Shown here: positions 1 through 10,951 of the stretch, in pieces | Layout: every line of letters starts with the position of its first letter | How positions within the stretch are numbered: position 1 is the stretch's first letter | Assembly: GCA_050331235.1 (NCBI GenBank) | Contig: JBHJHA010000039.1 | Location: forward strand, 19,651 to 83,650 | DNA: 64,000 nucleotides | Direction: 5' to 3' | DNA from: Leptolyngbyaceae cyanobacterium | GTDB lineage: Bacteria; Cyanobacteriota; Cyanobacteriia; Phormidesmidales; Phormidesmidaceae | The notes under the pieces: model-generated | Databases searched by the model: none | The model's input: the letters and a program-made list of their open reading frames with translations, nothing else | What the model was told of the DNA's origin: nothing | Translations under genes and position numbers: made by a program

Positions 1-172
1 TGGCTGTTGTGAGGGTGATCTCGTATTCCCATGGCACTAAAAGGCTTAAATGAGACAGCTCTCGTAATTGATTTTGTACTTGTCCGGCCCATGGCCCGGA
101 CCTTTCGGTGAACATTGACTCAATAAGTCCCAGACCCCATAGGGAGTGAGAGCGAGAAAGCCATCGGCAAAT

Positions 173-198
173 GGGAACTCAGACTAGTCTGAGTTCCC
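173..198 (-). terminator. Perfect 26-bp palindrome just downstream of the TolC gene; likely terminator or stabilising hairpin
   Basis: GGGAACTCAGACTAGTCTGAGTTCCC is self-complementary and lies 11 nt past the TolC stop. Confidence 0.65.
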
Positions 199-209
199 TA
201 AAAGCGAGA

Positions 210-2144
210 CTAAAAAGGAATTTCTTCGTAATAAGGCTCTGGCAAATTGCTGACGGCCCGCTTGAGTTCCGCAAGGGAACGGTTGTAGCCAATAATCGCC
301 TGCACTAAGTTCACCTCGGCATCGGTGAGTTCCGACTGGGCATTAAGGATATCTAGTTGAGTGCCAACACCAGCATCGAACCGCAGAATGGCCAGATCCA
401 AGGCTTCCTGGGCTTGAGTGACGGCCAAACGCGCTGTATCGATATTGGTTTGGTTAGACTGAAGATTAAAATACGCACTCTCAACGCCCAGACGAACGGT
501 GTTTCGCGTTTCTTCAAAGTTACGATCAGCGATTTCGATGTCGAGTTCGCGCTGGCGGGCCCTTGCTTGCGCGGCTCCTCCTTCAAATAGAGTCCATGAG
601 ACCCGGGCTCCAAAGGTGTAGTTGTCGCTGAAGCGATCGTCTTGGGTGAAAAAGTCGCTCAGACTGTAGTTAGCAAACAAGTCAACCTGAGGGCCTAACG
701 CTGACAGTTCAGCGACTCTCAACGATTCATTAATGTCCCGTTGGGTCAGCTGCTGCTCTAGCTCCGCTCGATTTTGAAAGGCCAACACAATACTTTCGTC
801 AAGATCCAAAGGCCAAGTGCCCGCAATATCCACTGGGACCGTTGTGATTGATAGGGAAGGGGGCACATTTAGACGGCGGGCTAGTGCTCTTTGGGCGACC
901 TGCCGTGCCCGTTCAGAATTAACGAGGTCTTGCCGAGCATTGGCAACCTGCACTTGCGCTCTAAGCACATCAAACCGGGTGCCGACGCCCACTTCTTCTC
1001 TTAGGGTTGTATCTTGTAGGTTTCGTTCTGCCTCTTGTAAAAAGGCTTCACTAATTCGAATCGCCTCGATCGCCGCTTGTAGGTCGTAAAATTCATTTGC
1101 CGTAACCAGCCGCAACTCTTCGCGCCGCCGTTCAACCTCTAGGAGCGCTAGTTGCACTTGTTCTTCAGCGGCTTGAATGGTGGCTTGTCGCCGTCCAGAC
1201 GAGTAGACGTTATAGACCACATCTAACTGCGCTGAGTAAGAAAGACCTAACTCTTCAGAGGTGTTGCTCTCAAAACTAAAGCCGCCACCCGGTGTAGGTA
1301 CCAGTTCAGAGCCACCGGTTGTCGTATTCTGACCTTGCAAGTTGCCACTTAGGGTTACGGTTGGCAAGTTGTCAGCTTGGGCCTCACGGAGGGATGCTTG
1401 GCTTTGCTCCAGCTCCAACAGCGCAACTCGTAAATCAGGATTATTGCGGTAGGACAACTCCAACGTCTGCTCTAGGGTTAACGGTTGGGTACCGATAATC
1501 TCAACTTCTTCTGGCTGCGTTTGAATCAATAGCGGATTAGGGCTGGGATCAAGAAACTGTAAGTCATCTAAAACCCGCTCTTCTGGAATGGGAACGCCTG
1601 ACTCTACGCTGGCGGGAGGGGGAGCCGGGAGCGTAGGCGTAACGCTATCTGTAGGCTGCACATCATCGGCAGGAGACGCCGGTGTCGATGAGTCCGACTC
1701 GGAAGTATCAGGCAAGGGGCTAAACACTTCTTCTTCCGATAGCGGCTCGAAGGTGTCACCTGGGGCAGAGTCTGCAGGAATATCCTCATCGTCGATCGCA
1801 TCCAAAGGCTCAGCCGCATCAGGACCGTCGTCAACCTGGGCAATCACCGGAGCTGCGGCTGCCGACGACCAAGCTTGACCGTAAACCAGAGATGGCAAAG
1901 AAACAGGCTTTGCCTCCCCGGCTTTAGCCGGAGCCGCTGGAATCAGAAAAGTTAATACGGTTTGCCGATGGTGATTAGATGGCGTTTGTTGGGTGGGGTT
2001 ATTGGACGAGGAAAACTCCCCTGTTGCTGGCGTTTTGGTGGCGCTAGCGGCTAACGCAGGGGCTAGCCAACCCGTTATCGGTAGCGCGATCGCAACACCG
2101 AGATAAAGGCGCATGAACCAGGGAGACAGCATACCTTTCTGCAT
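210..2144 (-). CDS. tolC: TolC-family outer membrane efflux protein (HgdD-like)
   Basis: Signal-peptide-like N-terminus and acidic Pro-rich linker. Two OEP repeats (GVGTRFDVLRAQVQVANA; GVGTQLDILNAQSELTDA). Start is ATG 2144 or 2114. Confidence 0.92.
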   Translation of the reverse strand: MQKGMLSPWFMRLYLGVAIALPITGWLAPALAASATKTPATGEFSSSNNPTQQTPSNHHRQTVLTFLIPAAPAKAGEAKPVSLPSLVYGQAWSSAAAAPVIAQVDDGPDAAEPLDAIDDEDIPADSAPGDTFEPLSEEEVFSPLPDTSESDSSTPASPADDVQPTDSVTPTLPAPPPASVESGVPIPEERVLDDLQFLDPSPNPLLIQTQPEEVEIIGTQPLTLEQTLELSYRNNPDLRVALLELEQSQASLREAQADNLPTVTLSGNLQGQNTTTGGSELVPTPGGGFSFESNTSEELGLSYSAQLDVVYNVYSSGRRQATIQAAEEQVQLALLEVERRREELRLVTANEFYDLQAAIEAIRISEAFLQEAERNLQDTTLREEVGVGTRFDVLRAQVQVANARQDLVNSERARQVAQRALARRLNVPPSLSITTVPVDIAGTWPLDLDESIVLAFQNRAELEQQLTQRDINESLRVAELSALGPQVDLFANYSLSDFFTQDDRFSDNYTFGARVSWTLFEGGAAQARARQRELDIEIADRNFEETRNTVRLGVESAYFNLQSNQTNIDTARLAVTQAQEALDLAILRFDAGVGTQLDILNAQSELTDAEVNLVQAIIGYNRSLAELKRAVSNLPEPYYEEIPF

Positions 2145-2229
2145 AGGGTCCTTCAGGCTGAGCAGCAACGACAAAGGTCGACTTGATAATCACTCGATCT
2201 AGGATACTTTACTAACCGGTTTAGTTAAT

Positions 2230-3603
2230 TCAGCATGTTCGGTACCTGGCGGTTTCCGGTTGCAGGCAATTAAGGATCAAGCCATCAACACCATTTACCG
2301 GAAAAATTGGCACGTGTAAAGCGTTACTGATTGATTCTACGCTTTGGTCGTCCAAAAAAAGCCATTTTTGCGGATTCCCAGGATCGGTCGGCTTGAGTAA
2401 GACGGTTGGCAGCAGCAAGCCGTCTCCGAGGACGCGATCGGTCAAATGATGCCGCAGGTCGTACCCAGTGAGCAATCCGGTTACGGTGATGGCTTGCCCC
2501 CAATACTCACTGTTGAGCGCTGCCATTTTAACGGTCAGGTTTTCGACTTGGTTAAGCCGTTGCAGAATAGGCTGAAAGGCTTGCTCAACCGCGTTGCCGA
2601 CGACCCAAGTTAATCGTTTTGGCTCCTCGATGCGAGCGGGTAGGCGGACCGCAGCAGTCTCAAACTTAGTCAAAAACTGACGAATTGAGCCGACGCCATT
2701 GCCAATTTGAGGATAGTCTTCATAATCCGCTTCGGTGGGTAGCGATCGCCCAGCGATCAAAAACCATTCGTCGGCCAGCCACGCAAAAGTAGTCCCAAAC
2801 TTGGGTTTGAATTTCGCCTGTAGAGCCTCCACTTGATCAATCACCTCTTGGGCTTTGGCTGGCGTCACGGGGATGAGTTCGTCCGCCTGGGGCCGAAACC
2901 GAGTTAGCCCTACGGGCACCACTGCGGCTGAAATAACTGTGGGAACTTCGCCCTCGTGAAACCGTGCCAAATCAAGTAAGGTTTGCTCCAAATGAGGACC
3001 ATCGTTGATCCCTGGGCAGACAACCACCTGGGCATGAATTTGCAAGCGATGTTCTCGAAACCAAGTGAGCTGTTGGCGCAGTTCGCCAGCCCGGGGATTC
3101 TTGAGTAAGCGAGCTCGTAATTCCGGTTCGGTGGCATGCACTGAGACAAATAACGGCGACAATCGCATTTGGGCAATGCGCTGCCACTCAGGTGGAGTGA
3201 GGTTAGTCAGGGTGAGATAGCTACCGTATAAAAAGCTCAGCCGATAATCATCATCTTTGAGGTAAAGCGTCTCGCGCTTGCCGGGGGGCTGCTGGTCAAT
3301 GAAGCAAAAGGGACAGCGATTGTTGCACTGCATCAGCCCGTCAAAGAGAGCGGTTTCAAATTCTAGTCCCAGATCTTCGTCGTAGTCTTTCTCCAGCTCC
3401 ACCTGGTGAGATTGCCCGTGAGCATCTTCAATTTCTAAAGTCAGCTCTTCATCGGCGCAAAGAAACTGATAATCGATCAGATCACGGGGAGCTTGACCGT
3501 TGATGCGCACCAGGCGATCGCCAGGCTCAAATCCCAATTCCGCCGCGATGGAATCAGCAATGACGCGAGTAACAACAGCCGGACGAATGGATGACTGGCT
3601 CAT
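2230..3603 (-). CDS. PDZ + radical-SAM-like Fe-S protein (TIGR03279/DUF512 family)
   Basis: N-terminal PDZ-like SIAAELGFEPGD; CxxxCxxC motif CNNRCPFC; DDDYRLSFLYGSYLTLTN signature. Confidence 0.88.
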   Translation of the reverse strand: MSQSSIRPAVVTRVIADSIAAELGFEPGDRLVRINGQAPRDLIDYQFLCADEELTLEIEDAHGQSHQVELEKDYDEDLGLEFETALFDGLMQCNNRCPFCFIDQQPPGKRETLYLKDDDYRLSFLYGSYLTLTNLTPPEWQRIAQMRLSPLFVSVHATEPELRARLLKNPRAGELRQQLTWFREHRLQIHAQVVVCPGINDGPHLEQTLLDLARFHEGEVPTVISAAVVPVGLTRFRPQADELIPVTPAKAQEVIDQVEALQAKFKPKFGTTFAWLADEWFLIAGRSLPTEADYEDYPQIGNGVGSIRQFLTKFETAAVRLPARIEEPKRLTWVVGNAVEQAFQPILQRLNQVENLTVKMAALNSEYWGQAITVTGLLTGYDLRHHLTDRVLGDGLLLPTVLLKPTDPGNPQKWLFLDDQSVESISNALHVPIFPVNGVDGLILNCLQPETARYRTC

Positions 3604-3727
3604 ACGAGATAGGAAGAGGCGATAAGGAAATAACGCGGTGAACTTAAGCGCTCCTGCGACCGCTTAACCCCAGCATCGGCTGAGAGCGGGATGCGAATGG
3701 CCACCGTGTTTCATCATGCCTCAGACT

Positions 3728-4606
3728 TTAGATATTTGACAGCCGACCTAGCAAAATACCGACTAAAATCGCTAGCCCGAAACCGATGCGATAAAACACA
3801 AAAATCCAGGTCGTGTGATCTTTCAAAAAGCGAATCAACCAGTAGATCGCGACATAGGAAGCGATGGCGGAAGAAATGACTCCAGCGATCGCAACCGCCG
3901 CTCCGATGGTTGCTTGTGGGTCAAACAATTCGTTCAGCTCTGCCAGACCAGAAATCAGAATAGCGGGAATGCCCATTAGCAAAGAAAATCGCGCTGCCGT
4001 TTCACGGTTGAGTCCCATAAATAGTCCCGCCGTCATGGTGGACCCGGAGCGCGAGACCCCAGGAATAAGCGCTAGTGCCTGGGCTAACCCCATACCAATG
4101 CCGTCCCGTTGCGTCACGTCTTGGTAGTCTCGCTTGCGGCTGCCAGTAACTTCTGCAATGCCCAGAAAGATAGCGAGGCCAATCGAAGTCAATGCAATCA
4201 TCAGGGAGCTGCGGGCAAAGGTTTCATAGGTTTCCCGCAGCCCAAACTTAACAATCAACCCCAAAACCATGATGGGAATGGTGCCAATCAGGATGCCGAT
4301 CGCAACTCGAAAGTCTGGGGCTTGGTAATTATTTTGAGCGATCGCGCGTTTTACCCCTACGAGAAGCTGCTGAATATCTCGCCAAAAATAACCCACAATG
4401 GCGACAATACTGCCGAGCTGAACGATGGCCGTAAAAGTGACGCCAGGATCGCCCCAGCCTAGAATCACAGGCACAATTTTGACATGGGCAGTACTGCTGA
4501 TCGGGAGAAACTCTGTAAGCCCTTGTACGATGCCAATCACAACAGCTTGAATCAGCGATAAGGACCGCTCACCCTCGACCTGCAATAGAACTAAAACGCT
4601 GAGCAT
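3728..4606 (-). CDS. uppP: Undecaprenyl-diphosphate phosphatase
   Basis: QGLTEFLPISSTAH and PGVSRSGST motifs; multi-TM; true start may be about 45 nt downstream. Confidence 0.95.
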   Translation of the reverse strand: MLSVLVLLQVEGERSLSLIQAVVIGIVQGLTEFLPISSTAHVKIVPVILGWGDPGVTFTAIVQLGSIVAIVGYFWRDIQQLLVGVKRAIAQNNYQAPDFRVAIGILIGTIPIMVLGLIVKFGLRETYETFARSSLMIALTSIGLAIFLGIAEVTGSRKRDYQDVTQRDGIGMGLAQALALIPGVSRSGSTMTAGLFMGLNRETAARFSLLMGIPAILISGLAELNELFDPQATIGAAVAIAGVISSAIASYVAIYWLIRFLKDHTTWIFVFYRIGFGLAILVGILLGRLSNI

Positions 4607-4707
4607 TATCGATAATTCCTAAAGCTTAAAATTTTAAGTAATGAAATATTCCCATAGGGGCGCTGACGCATCTACCTTCTGAGCCAGAATACCCAGTTTT
4701 TAAGCGG

Positions 4708-5523
4708 TTGCTCAATAAAGCGGTGAGGACGCTGACACCTCGCGTTGGGCTGCTGCCTTTGGATGGATATGATATGTTAAGAAGGGTTAACAAGCTGAGA
4801 AAACCTTTGTCATCCTTCTCCCCATCCTCTAAGCTTGCGTCCCAAGATGCGAGTTCGATTTTTTCGTGGGCGTTGCCTGCCTCCCTGCGGACGAGTCGAG
4901 CTAAGGCCGGGATGGCTGCCGTTTTTTTGGTTGTGGTGCCGGTATTTTTTCAAGCGCCACTGGTGCGATCGCTGCCTTGGTTAAGCCTAACGCTGACCGG
5001 CACCTGGTTGCTCACTGGCATCATCTTGAGTACTCGTCTGGTGACACGTTCTGCTGGTGATCTCATTACTGGCTTCACTTGGACGTGGCTGGCAGGGTCT
5101 ATCTATTGGGGCTGGTTGAGAACTGAGCCACTGTGGCATCTCCCGGTAGAAGCGATCGGCTTGCCCTTAGTTGTCTTTCTCCTTTCCCAGAACAAAAGCC
5201 GGGTGGGCGGTTATTTTTTCCTCGGTTCCCTGTTTGGCACTGCCCTCACTGATCTATACATTTACTGGGCTGATTTGTTGCCGATGTGGCGGCAGGTGAT
5301 GATTGCTGACCCCGAATGGGTGCCAGTCGTCTTACAGGAGGCTGCGGCTTCATTAAAGAACTTCACCGATATTTTCCATGGGGCGTTGATGGCCATCATA
5401 CTGTTGGTTGTGGGGGTCGTCCCCCTACAGTCAAAGCAACCCTGTTGGTGGGCTTTCAGCGGTGCAGTTTTGAGTACGTTGATCGTAGATTTGCTCTTTT
5501 TCGCAAGTGCCCTCTATATTTAG
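4708..5523 (+). CDS. Cyanobacterial membrane protein (DUF3120-like)
   Basis: VPVFFQAPLVR, GSIYWGWLR and EPLWHLPVEAIGLP motifs; start uncertain. Confidence 0.75.
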   Translation: MLNKAVRTLTPRVGLLPLDGYDMLRRVNKLRKPLSSFSPSSKLASQDASSIFSWALPASLRTSRAKAGMAAVFLVVVPVFFQAPLVRSLPWLSLTLTGTWLLTGIILSTRLVTRSAGDLITGFTWTWLAGSIYWGWLRTEPLWHLPVEAIGLPLVVFLLSQNKSRVGGYFFLGSLFGTALTDLYIYWADLLPMWRQVMIADPEWVPVVLQEAAASLKNFTDIFHGALMAIILLVVGVVPLQSKQPCWWAFSGAVLSTLIVDLLFFASALYI

Positions 5524-5683
5524 TCAACTCAAGATTGCAGACCTGGAGATGGACTGGAAGCATGGCGAGGGGTGAGCGGGACTTCTGTGTTTTCTTAGGT
5601 AAGTATTGATTTAGAACGATACACTGGGCCATGATGTGGAGCAGCAGCCTGTAATCAATTTCGGGGTTTAGGGCTTTCTTCAT

Positions 5684-6715
5684 ATGAAGGTTCTGGCTGC
5701 TGGCCACGTTAATGTTCTCAGCTACATATTTTTCCCAGGCTCCGTGATTCAATCCCAAGGTCCTTACGTCATTCTTAATACCGAGTCTGGGACTCGCCGA
5801 TTGTCTTTGGTGGGAGTCAACTGCTGGACGGTGGGCCGCAGTGATGACAACAACCTCGTTTTGCCAGATCGATGGATTTCTCGAAACCACGCCATGATCC
5901 AGATGATGGAGACCGGCGAGTTCTATCTGATTGATTTGGGCAGTCGCAACGGCTCGTTTATCAACGGACGACGGGTAAGTGTCCCCGTTACCCTAGCGGA
6001 TGGTGACTATTTGACATTTGGGCAAACCGAGCTGCAGTTCTTCTGCCCCGATGCTAATCATGCTCAGGGTGAGAATGCGCTCGATACTGTTGAAATGACA
6101 GCGACGGCAACCTTGCACCTACGGCGTCTCATCTCGGTCATGGTTGTAGATATTCGAGACTTTACAGTGCTGACGCGTCAACTAGATGAAAAGGTCCTGT
6201 CCGAGTCGATTGGCACTTGGTTTCGCTGCGCTGGGGATATCATTAGCCGCCACGGTAGCTGGGTAGATAAGTATATTGGCGATGCCGTGATGGCCGTCTG
6301 GATTCACGGTGCTGATCATGTAGAGCCGCCTGAACTTTTGCGGATCATGCAGGCAATGGACGAACTCGCCAAGATGACAGCGCAACTACATAAAAAGTTT
6401 CCACTCCCGTTTCCCCTGCGGGTGGGAGCAGGATTGAACACTGGCTACGCCATGGTGGGTAACACTGGCACTGGGGCCCACCCAGATTACACCGCCATTG
6501 GCGATACGGTTAATGCTGCGTTTCGGTTTGAGTCATCGACTAAGCAACTTGGGCTCGATGTTGCGGTGGGCGAGACGACCTATGAGTATCTCGCCAAAAT
6601 GCCCGGCACGGAGTCCTTATTTCATCGCTATATTGTTAGCCTCAAAGGCTACGAGGTCCCAACGGTGGCCCATGCCACGACTTTCTCTAACTTAGACCGA
6701 TTTATTCACCATTAG
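5684..6715 (+). CDS. FHA-domain class III adenylate cyclase (Slr1991/CyaD-like architecture)
   Basis: FHA motifs GR, SRNH and SRNG; cyclase motifs DIRDFT, DKYIGD and TAIGDTVNAAFR; start may be GTG 5744. Confidence 0.9.
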   Translation: MKVLAAGHVNVLSYIFFPGSVIQSQGPYVILNTESGTRRLSLVGVNCWTVGRSDDNNLVLPDRWISRNHAMIQMMETGEFYLIDLGSRNGSFINGRRVSVPVTLADGDYLTFGQTELQFFCPDANHAQGENALDTVEMTATATLHLRRLISVMVVDIRDFTVLTRQLDEKVLSESIGTWFRCAGDIISRHGSWVDKYIGDAVMAVWIHGADHVEPPELLRIMQAMDELAKMTAQLHKKFPLPFPLRVGAGLNTGYAMVGNTGTGAHPDYTAIGDTVNAAFRFESSTKQLGLDVAVGETTYEYLAKMPGTESLFHRYIVSLKGYEVPTVAHATTFSNLDRFIHH

Positions 6716-6739
6716 GTACCGATTTATTCACCATTAGGT
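6696..6739. repeat. Perfect 22-bp tandem duplication spanning the cyclase stop codon
   Basis: ACCGATTTATTCACCATTAGGT at 6696-6717 and 6718-6739. Confidence 0.95.
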
Positions 6740-6853
6740 GTTGACGAGGGCGCCGCCGTAGGCGATCGCCCCAGCTTGGCAGCTGCCGCATCATCGAAAA
6801 TGCAGATTGCTTCTCCGTGTCAAAACCCCGATCAGTCCCCCCTAAGAGGATCT

Positions 6854-8302
6854 CTAAGCAGTCTGCTCCGGTGAGGATATCGACGTGACTGAGGCCTTTT
6901 CTGGTGCCACCTTTAGTTGGGTTTGATAGTCAATTCCCAAAATCTCAGAATAGAGTCGCACATATTCGACTGCAGATTTAGTCCAGCTAAAGTTTTCTTC
7001 CATGGCCCGTTTTTGTAGAGCGCGCCAGGCATCTTGATAGCGGAACCCTTCCCAGGCTCTTACCATACAGGTGTACAAATCAATGGGTTCATACCGGTCA
7101 AAGCAGTAGCCAGTACCAGCAGCATCGGCGGGATTATGGTGACTGACTGTATCCACCAGTCCCCCAGTGCGACGTACGATGGGAATGCAGCCATAGCGCA
7201 TGGCAATGATTTGACTGATACCGCAAGGTTCAAATCGCGACGGCATTAGGAAGGCATCGGCCCCAGCATAGATTTGCCGACCAATCCCCTCGCTGTACAT
7301 TAAGTAAACCGCTACTCGCCCCCGATAGCGAGACGCCATTTCCCAGAGCTGATTTTCGTAGTAGCGCTCGCCAGTGCCTAACAGCACAAACTGAGCGTCG
7401 GTATAAGACAAAAACTGATCCATTGTTTGCAACACGAGGTCAAGCCCCTTTTGCTCAACCAGGCGGCTAATCAAGCCTACCAAAAACGCCTTTGAGTTGA
7501 CTTCTAAGCCCATCTCTTCCTGTACTTTGACCTTATTAGCACGGCGTTTTTCCAAGGTTTCAGGGGAATAGTTCGTGGCAAGATTTTTATCCGTGGATGG
7601 ATCGAATAGGTCCGTATCGATGCCGTTTAAAATGCCACTCAATTTACCACCGACATAGGACAACAAACCTTCCAAGTTTTCGCCGTATTCCAGGGTCTGT
7701 ATCTGTTGAGCATAGGTCGGCGAAACAGTGTTGACGCGATCAGCGTATTGAATGCCAGCGGCCATCGTATTGTGGCTCTGCATGAACCAAGGGCACCACG
7801 TCATCTGTTCTAGCTTCCAGCGCCAAGGCCCTTGATAGGCCAAATTGTGAATGGTGAAAACGGTGCCAATGTCGGATGTTTCGGCCATCCATACGGGAAT
7901 CATGCCGGTGTGCCAGTCATGGCAGTGAATGATTTGGGGTTTCCAGAAGTTCCAGGCAAATTCTGCGGCTCCGTTGGCAAAAAAGGTAAAGCGCCAGTCT
8001 TCATCGGTGCCACCATAAACGTTGCGCCCATCAAAGGCTGGGTGCCCAAATAGGTACAGCGGTACATCGGTGCCTGGCAAAACGGTTTCGTATACCGCGA
8101 AGTCATTAAACATCGCGTATCCCCACCACACGGGCTCTTTGGGGATATCAACTTTGTCCGGCAAAAAGCCGTAATAGGGCATAAAAATGCGGACATCATG
8201 GCCCATTGTTCGTAGCACTTTAGGCAAAGAGCCCACAACGTCTCCCATGCCGCCCACCTTGGCCAGTGGTGCTGCTTCTGCTGCTACGAATAAGATCCGC
8301 AT
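6854..8302 (-). CDS. glgA: Glycogen synthase (GT5)
   Basis: [11 protein letters not shown]-glucose motif, HCHDWH, SRFEPCG, RRTGGL. Confidence 0.97.
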   Translation of the reverse strand: MRILFVAAEAAPLAKVGGMGDVVGSLPKVLRTMGHDVRIFMPYYGFLPDKVDIPKEPVWWGYAMFNDFAVYETVLPGTDVPLYLFGHPAFDGRNVYGGTDEDWRFTFFANGAAEFAWNFWKPQIIHCHDWHTGMIPVWMAETSDIGTVFTIHNLAYQGPWRWKLEQMTWCPWFMQSHNTMAAGIQYADRVNTVSPTYAQQIQTLEYGENLEGLLSYVGGKLSGILNGIDTDLFDPSTDKNLATNYSPETLEKRRANKVKVQEEMGLEVNSKAFLVGLISRLVEQKGLDLVLQTMDQFLSYTDAQFVLLGTGERYYENQLWEMASRYRGRVAVYLMYSEGIGRQIYAGADAFLMPSRFEPCGISQIIAMRYGCIPIVRRTGGLVDTVSHHNPADAAGTGYCFDRYEPIDLYTCMVRAWEGFRYQDAWRALQKRAMEENFSWTKSAVEYVRLYSEILGIDYQTQLKVAPEKASVTSISSPEQTA

Positions 8303-8480
8303 TGTATTGCCCTTGAGAAAATACCTAACTTCCTCAACAGTCTACGGTTGCACGCGACCTCTGCATAGTAGTTAATAAGACGCGATCGCGAACTGCATTT
8401 GTCGGATATTGGGCTTACGAGTCCACCGTTTACAAGCCGCTTTTATGCCGATTAGCCTCAGTTCTGCCGAGATGGCCAAA

Positions 8481-9206
8481 CTACTCTAATACGGGTTGAT
8501 TGAGCTTAATGACAGGACGAGGTAGGTCTCCACTATCAGCGGTAGCTGGATTGAGTAATCGCTCTTGGGGAATTGACTCTGCCAGATTGGGACCAACGAT
8601 GCCGCCTGAGAGTAAAACCTTGAAAGCGTCTTCGATTGATATCGATAGATTGATGACATCTGTCTCTGGTACAACGGCATACCAACCACTGGTGGGATTA
8701 GGGGTAGTCGGAATAAAAATGCTGATCATCGAGGATGCGGCAGCGGCGTCTGACGTCACAACTGTGCCAGTGACAAACGCCACTGCCCATAGACCCCGAC
8801 GAGGATATTCCACCAGAATGACGCGGCGAAATCGGCTCTTAGAGTCTTGCAAAACTGTCTGAAGAAGCTGCTGCAGCGTTTTGTAAACGGAACCGGCCAA
8901 AGGAATCGATTGCACGACCCGCTCTCCGAGATCGAGGAGCCACCGTCCGGCAATATTTCTGGCCATCAGGCCCATAAGTAGGATGCTGAGCAGCGGTACA
9001 GCAAGGCCGACTGTAAGGTTGACTAAATCTCCCAACAGGGGAGGCAATCCCGTAAACGGATTGAGCTGTTTGGGAAACCGCGTCAAAAACCGCACCACCC
9101 AAAAGGCAATTGTAGTGGTGAGCCAAATGGTTGTTGCTAGTGGGATGACGACTAAAAGACCTGCAATCAGGTCATTTTTTAAGTCCTGCTTAAGCTTTTG
9201 AAACAC
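8481..9206 (-). CDS. DUF502 family membrane protein
   Basis: KNDLIAGLLVVIPLATT, VEYPRRG and FIPTTPNPTSGW motifs; likely GTG start at 9206. Confidence 0.88.
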   Translation of the reverse strand: MFQKLKQDLKNDLIAGLLVVIPLATTIWLTTTIAFWVVRFLTRFPKQLNPFTGLPPLLGDLVNLTVGLAVPLLSILLMGLMARNIAGRWLLDLGERVVQSIPLAGSVYKTLQQLLQTVLQDSKSRFRRVILVEYPRRGLWAVAFVTGTVVTSDAAAASSMISIFIPTTPNPTSGWYAVVPETDVINLSISIEDAFKVLLSGGIVGPNLAESIPQERLLNPATADSGDLPRPVIKLNQPVLE

Positions 9207-9482
9207 AGGCGGCCCAGTCAACTTGGAAACTGCTAATTGATCATCATATGAGAAGAGCGATCGCATCAGCCACTTGATGAGTGATTGATACACCCTTGGG
9301 GATCATTGTAAACATTTGCTTCGGAACATGTAGACCGCGATCAGGAATAACGGGTTTGGGGTCGCTCATAATGGCTAAAGCCATTGTAGCTTAGGTGACA
9401 TTCTGTAAGTCTTACGGCGCTTTGGGTAAGAGCTAGAGCTTGGGAAGTGGCCTCGTAGTATTGACCAGCAATAAGCCGGAGT

Positions 9483-9506
9483 AAAAAAAGCCCTGACTAG
9501 TCAGGC
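9483..9506 (-). terminator. Rho-independent terminator after mgtE
   Basis: Minus strand GCCTGACTAGTCAGGGC hairpin followed by T7. Confidence 0.7.
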
Positions 9507-9547
9507 AGGGGGGACAACCCGCAAGGGGACAACGTATGATCTCGGTG

Positions 9548-10951
9548 TCAGAGCTTGAGAATGTAGCGGGCTAAGTTGAGATAGATGAGGACGCCCAGTA
9601 CATCGACGACGGTGGTGATAAAGGGGGCGGACATCAATGCTGGATCAAAGCCAATGGTGCTGAACAGAAACGGAAGCGCGGCCCCGGCGGTTGAAGCCAG
9701 GATAGCGATCGCAACCAAGCTAATACCTACCGTGATTGACACTGGCAAGCTTCCCTGCAAAATGTAGGCCCAACCGGTCACCACTACCCCCAGCATAATG
9801 CCGAGAAACGCCCCGGCGATCGCTTCTCGACGAATGACGGTAAAGGCGCTTTTGTTATTGACCTCCTGGGTATTGATCCCGCGAATGACGACGGTCGAAG
9901 ACTGTGCTCCAACGTTCCCTCCGGTGCCAATGAGCAACGGAATAAAGGCGGCCAGCACCACTACCTGCTCTAAGATGGCCTCTTGACTCCGGATGACCCA
10001 GGTAGTCATCGTATTCGTTAGTAATAAGACGGATAGCCACACCACCCGTTTACGCGCCACAGTAAGCAAATTGGTCTGAAAATAATTGTCGCCGCCAGAC
10101 TGCACTCCACCCAGGGCATAGATATCTTCGGTGGCCTCTTCTTCCAAAATGTCGATCACGTCATCGACCGTAACAATCCCGACTAAGCGTTTTTCGGTAT
10201 CGACTACGGGAACGGCCAAAAAGTCATAGCGCTGAATGAGTTGAGCCACTTCCTCTTGGTCGGTATCGGTTTGTACAGAGACGACTTCGCGGGTCTTGAT
10301 TTCGCCAATGGTTTTCTCGGGCTGCCCCATCACCAAATGGCGCAGCGATAAGATACCGGTAAGCTGGCGGGCCGCATCCGTGACGTAGAGGTAGTAGACC
10401 GTCTCGCTCATGTCCGCTCGATTGCGGATGTGCTCTAATGCCCTAGAGATACTCCAAGTCTCTTTCAGCGCAATGTATTCCGGCGTCATGATGCGACCGG
10501 CGGTATCGGCCTCATAACCTAGTAGCAGAGCAGTCGCTTGCCGCTCTTGGGTTGACATCTGGCTCAACACTCGACGCACGACCTTGGCTGGCAACTCATC
10601 AAACAGGCGCGCCCGATCATCGGGGGACATTTTGTCGACGATGTCGAGCACGTCCTGGCGCTTAAACTCTTCAATCAGCGTTTGCTGAACACTAGAATCA
10701 AGGTTTTCGTAAACTTCGATCGCCTCATTTTTTGAAAGCAGCCGAAATCCAATCGCTTGCATCGTTTCAGGCAGACCTTCGATCGCCTCCGCAATATCGA
10801 CTGGTTGCACCGGGACTAAAAGCGCCTTCGCGCCCTGAAAGTTTTGCTGTTCTAAGAGCATCTCTAACTGCGATCGCACCAATTCTCGTAGCTCTTGCCG
10901 CGAGACTGTTGCAGGGACTGGGGATGCAGAGTTGAAGGTTGGCTCTGTCAA
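9548..10951 (-). CDS. mgtE: Magnesium transporter MgtE
   Basis: MgtE N domain, CBS pair (TAGRIMTPEY; AVPVVD...GIVTVDDV), GGNVGAQ and DPALMSAPFITTVVD. Confidence 0.96.
   Translation of the reverse strand: MTEPTFNSASPVPATVSRQELRELVRSQLEMLLEQQNFQGAKALLVPVQPVDIAEAIEGLPETMQAIGFRLLSKNEAIEVYENLDSSVQQTLIEEFKRQDVLDIVDKMSPDDRARLFDELPAKVVRRVLSQMSTQERQATALLLGYEADTAGRIMTPEYIALKETWSISRALEHIRNRADMSETVYYLYVTDAARQLTGILSLRHLVMGQPEKTIGEIKTREVVSVQTDTDQEEVAQLIQRYDFLAVPVVDTEKRLVGIVTVDDVIDILEEEATEDIYALGGVQSGGDNYFQTNLLTVARKRVVWLSVLLLTNTMTTWVIRSQEAILEQVVVLAAFIPLLIGTGGNVGAQSSTVVIRGINTQEVNNKSAFTVIRREAIAGAFLGIMLGVVVTGWAYILQGSLPVSITVGISLVAIAILASTAGAALPFLFSTIGFDPALMSAPFITTVVDVLGVLIYLNLARYILKL

Noticed and set aside
1..32. 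Possible gene start on the minus strand (ATG at 32) running off the window
   Set aside because: Only 10 codons visible; cannot be supported
173..9506. Shared GACTAGTC core in the hairpins after tolC and mgtE, as a possible repeat family
   Set aside because: Only two instances with different stems; explained by independent terminators
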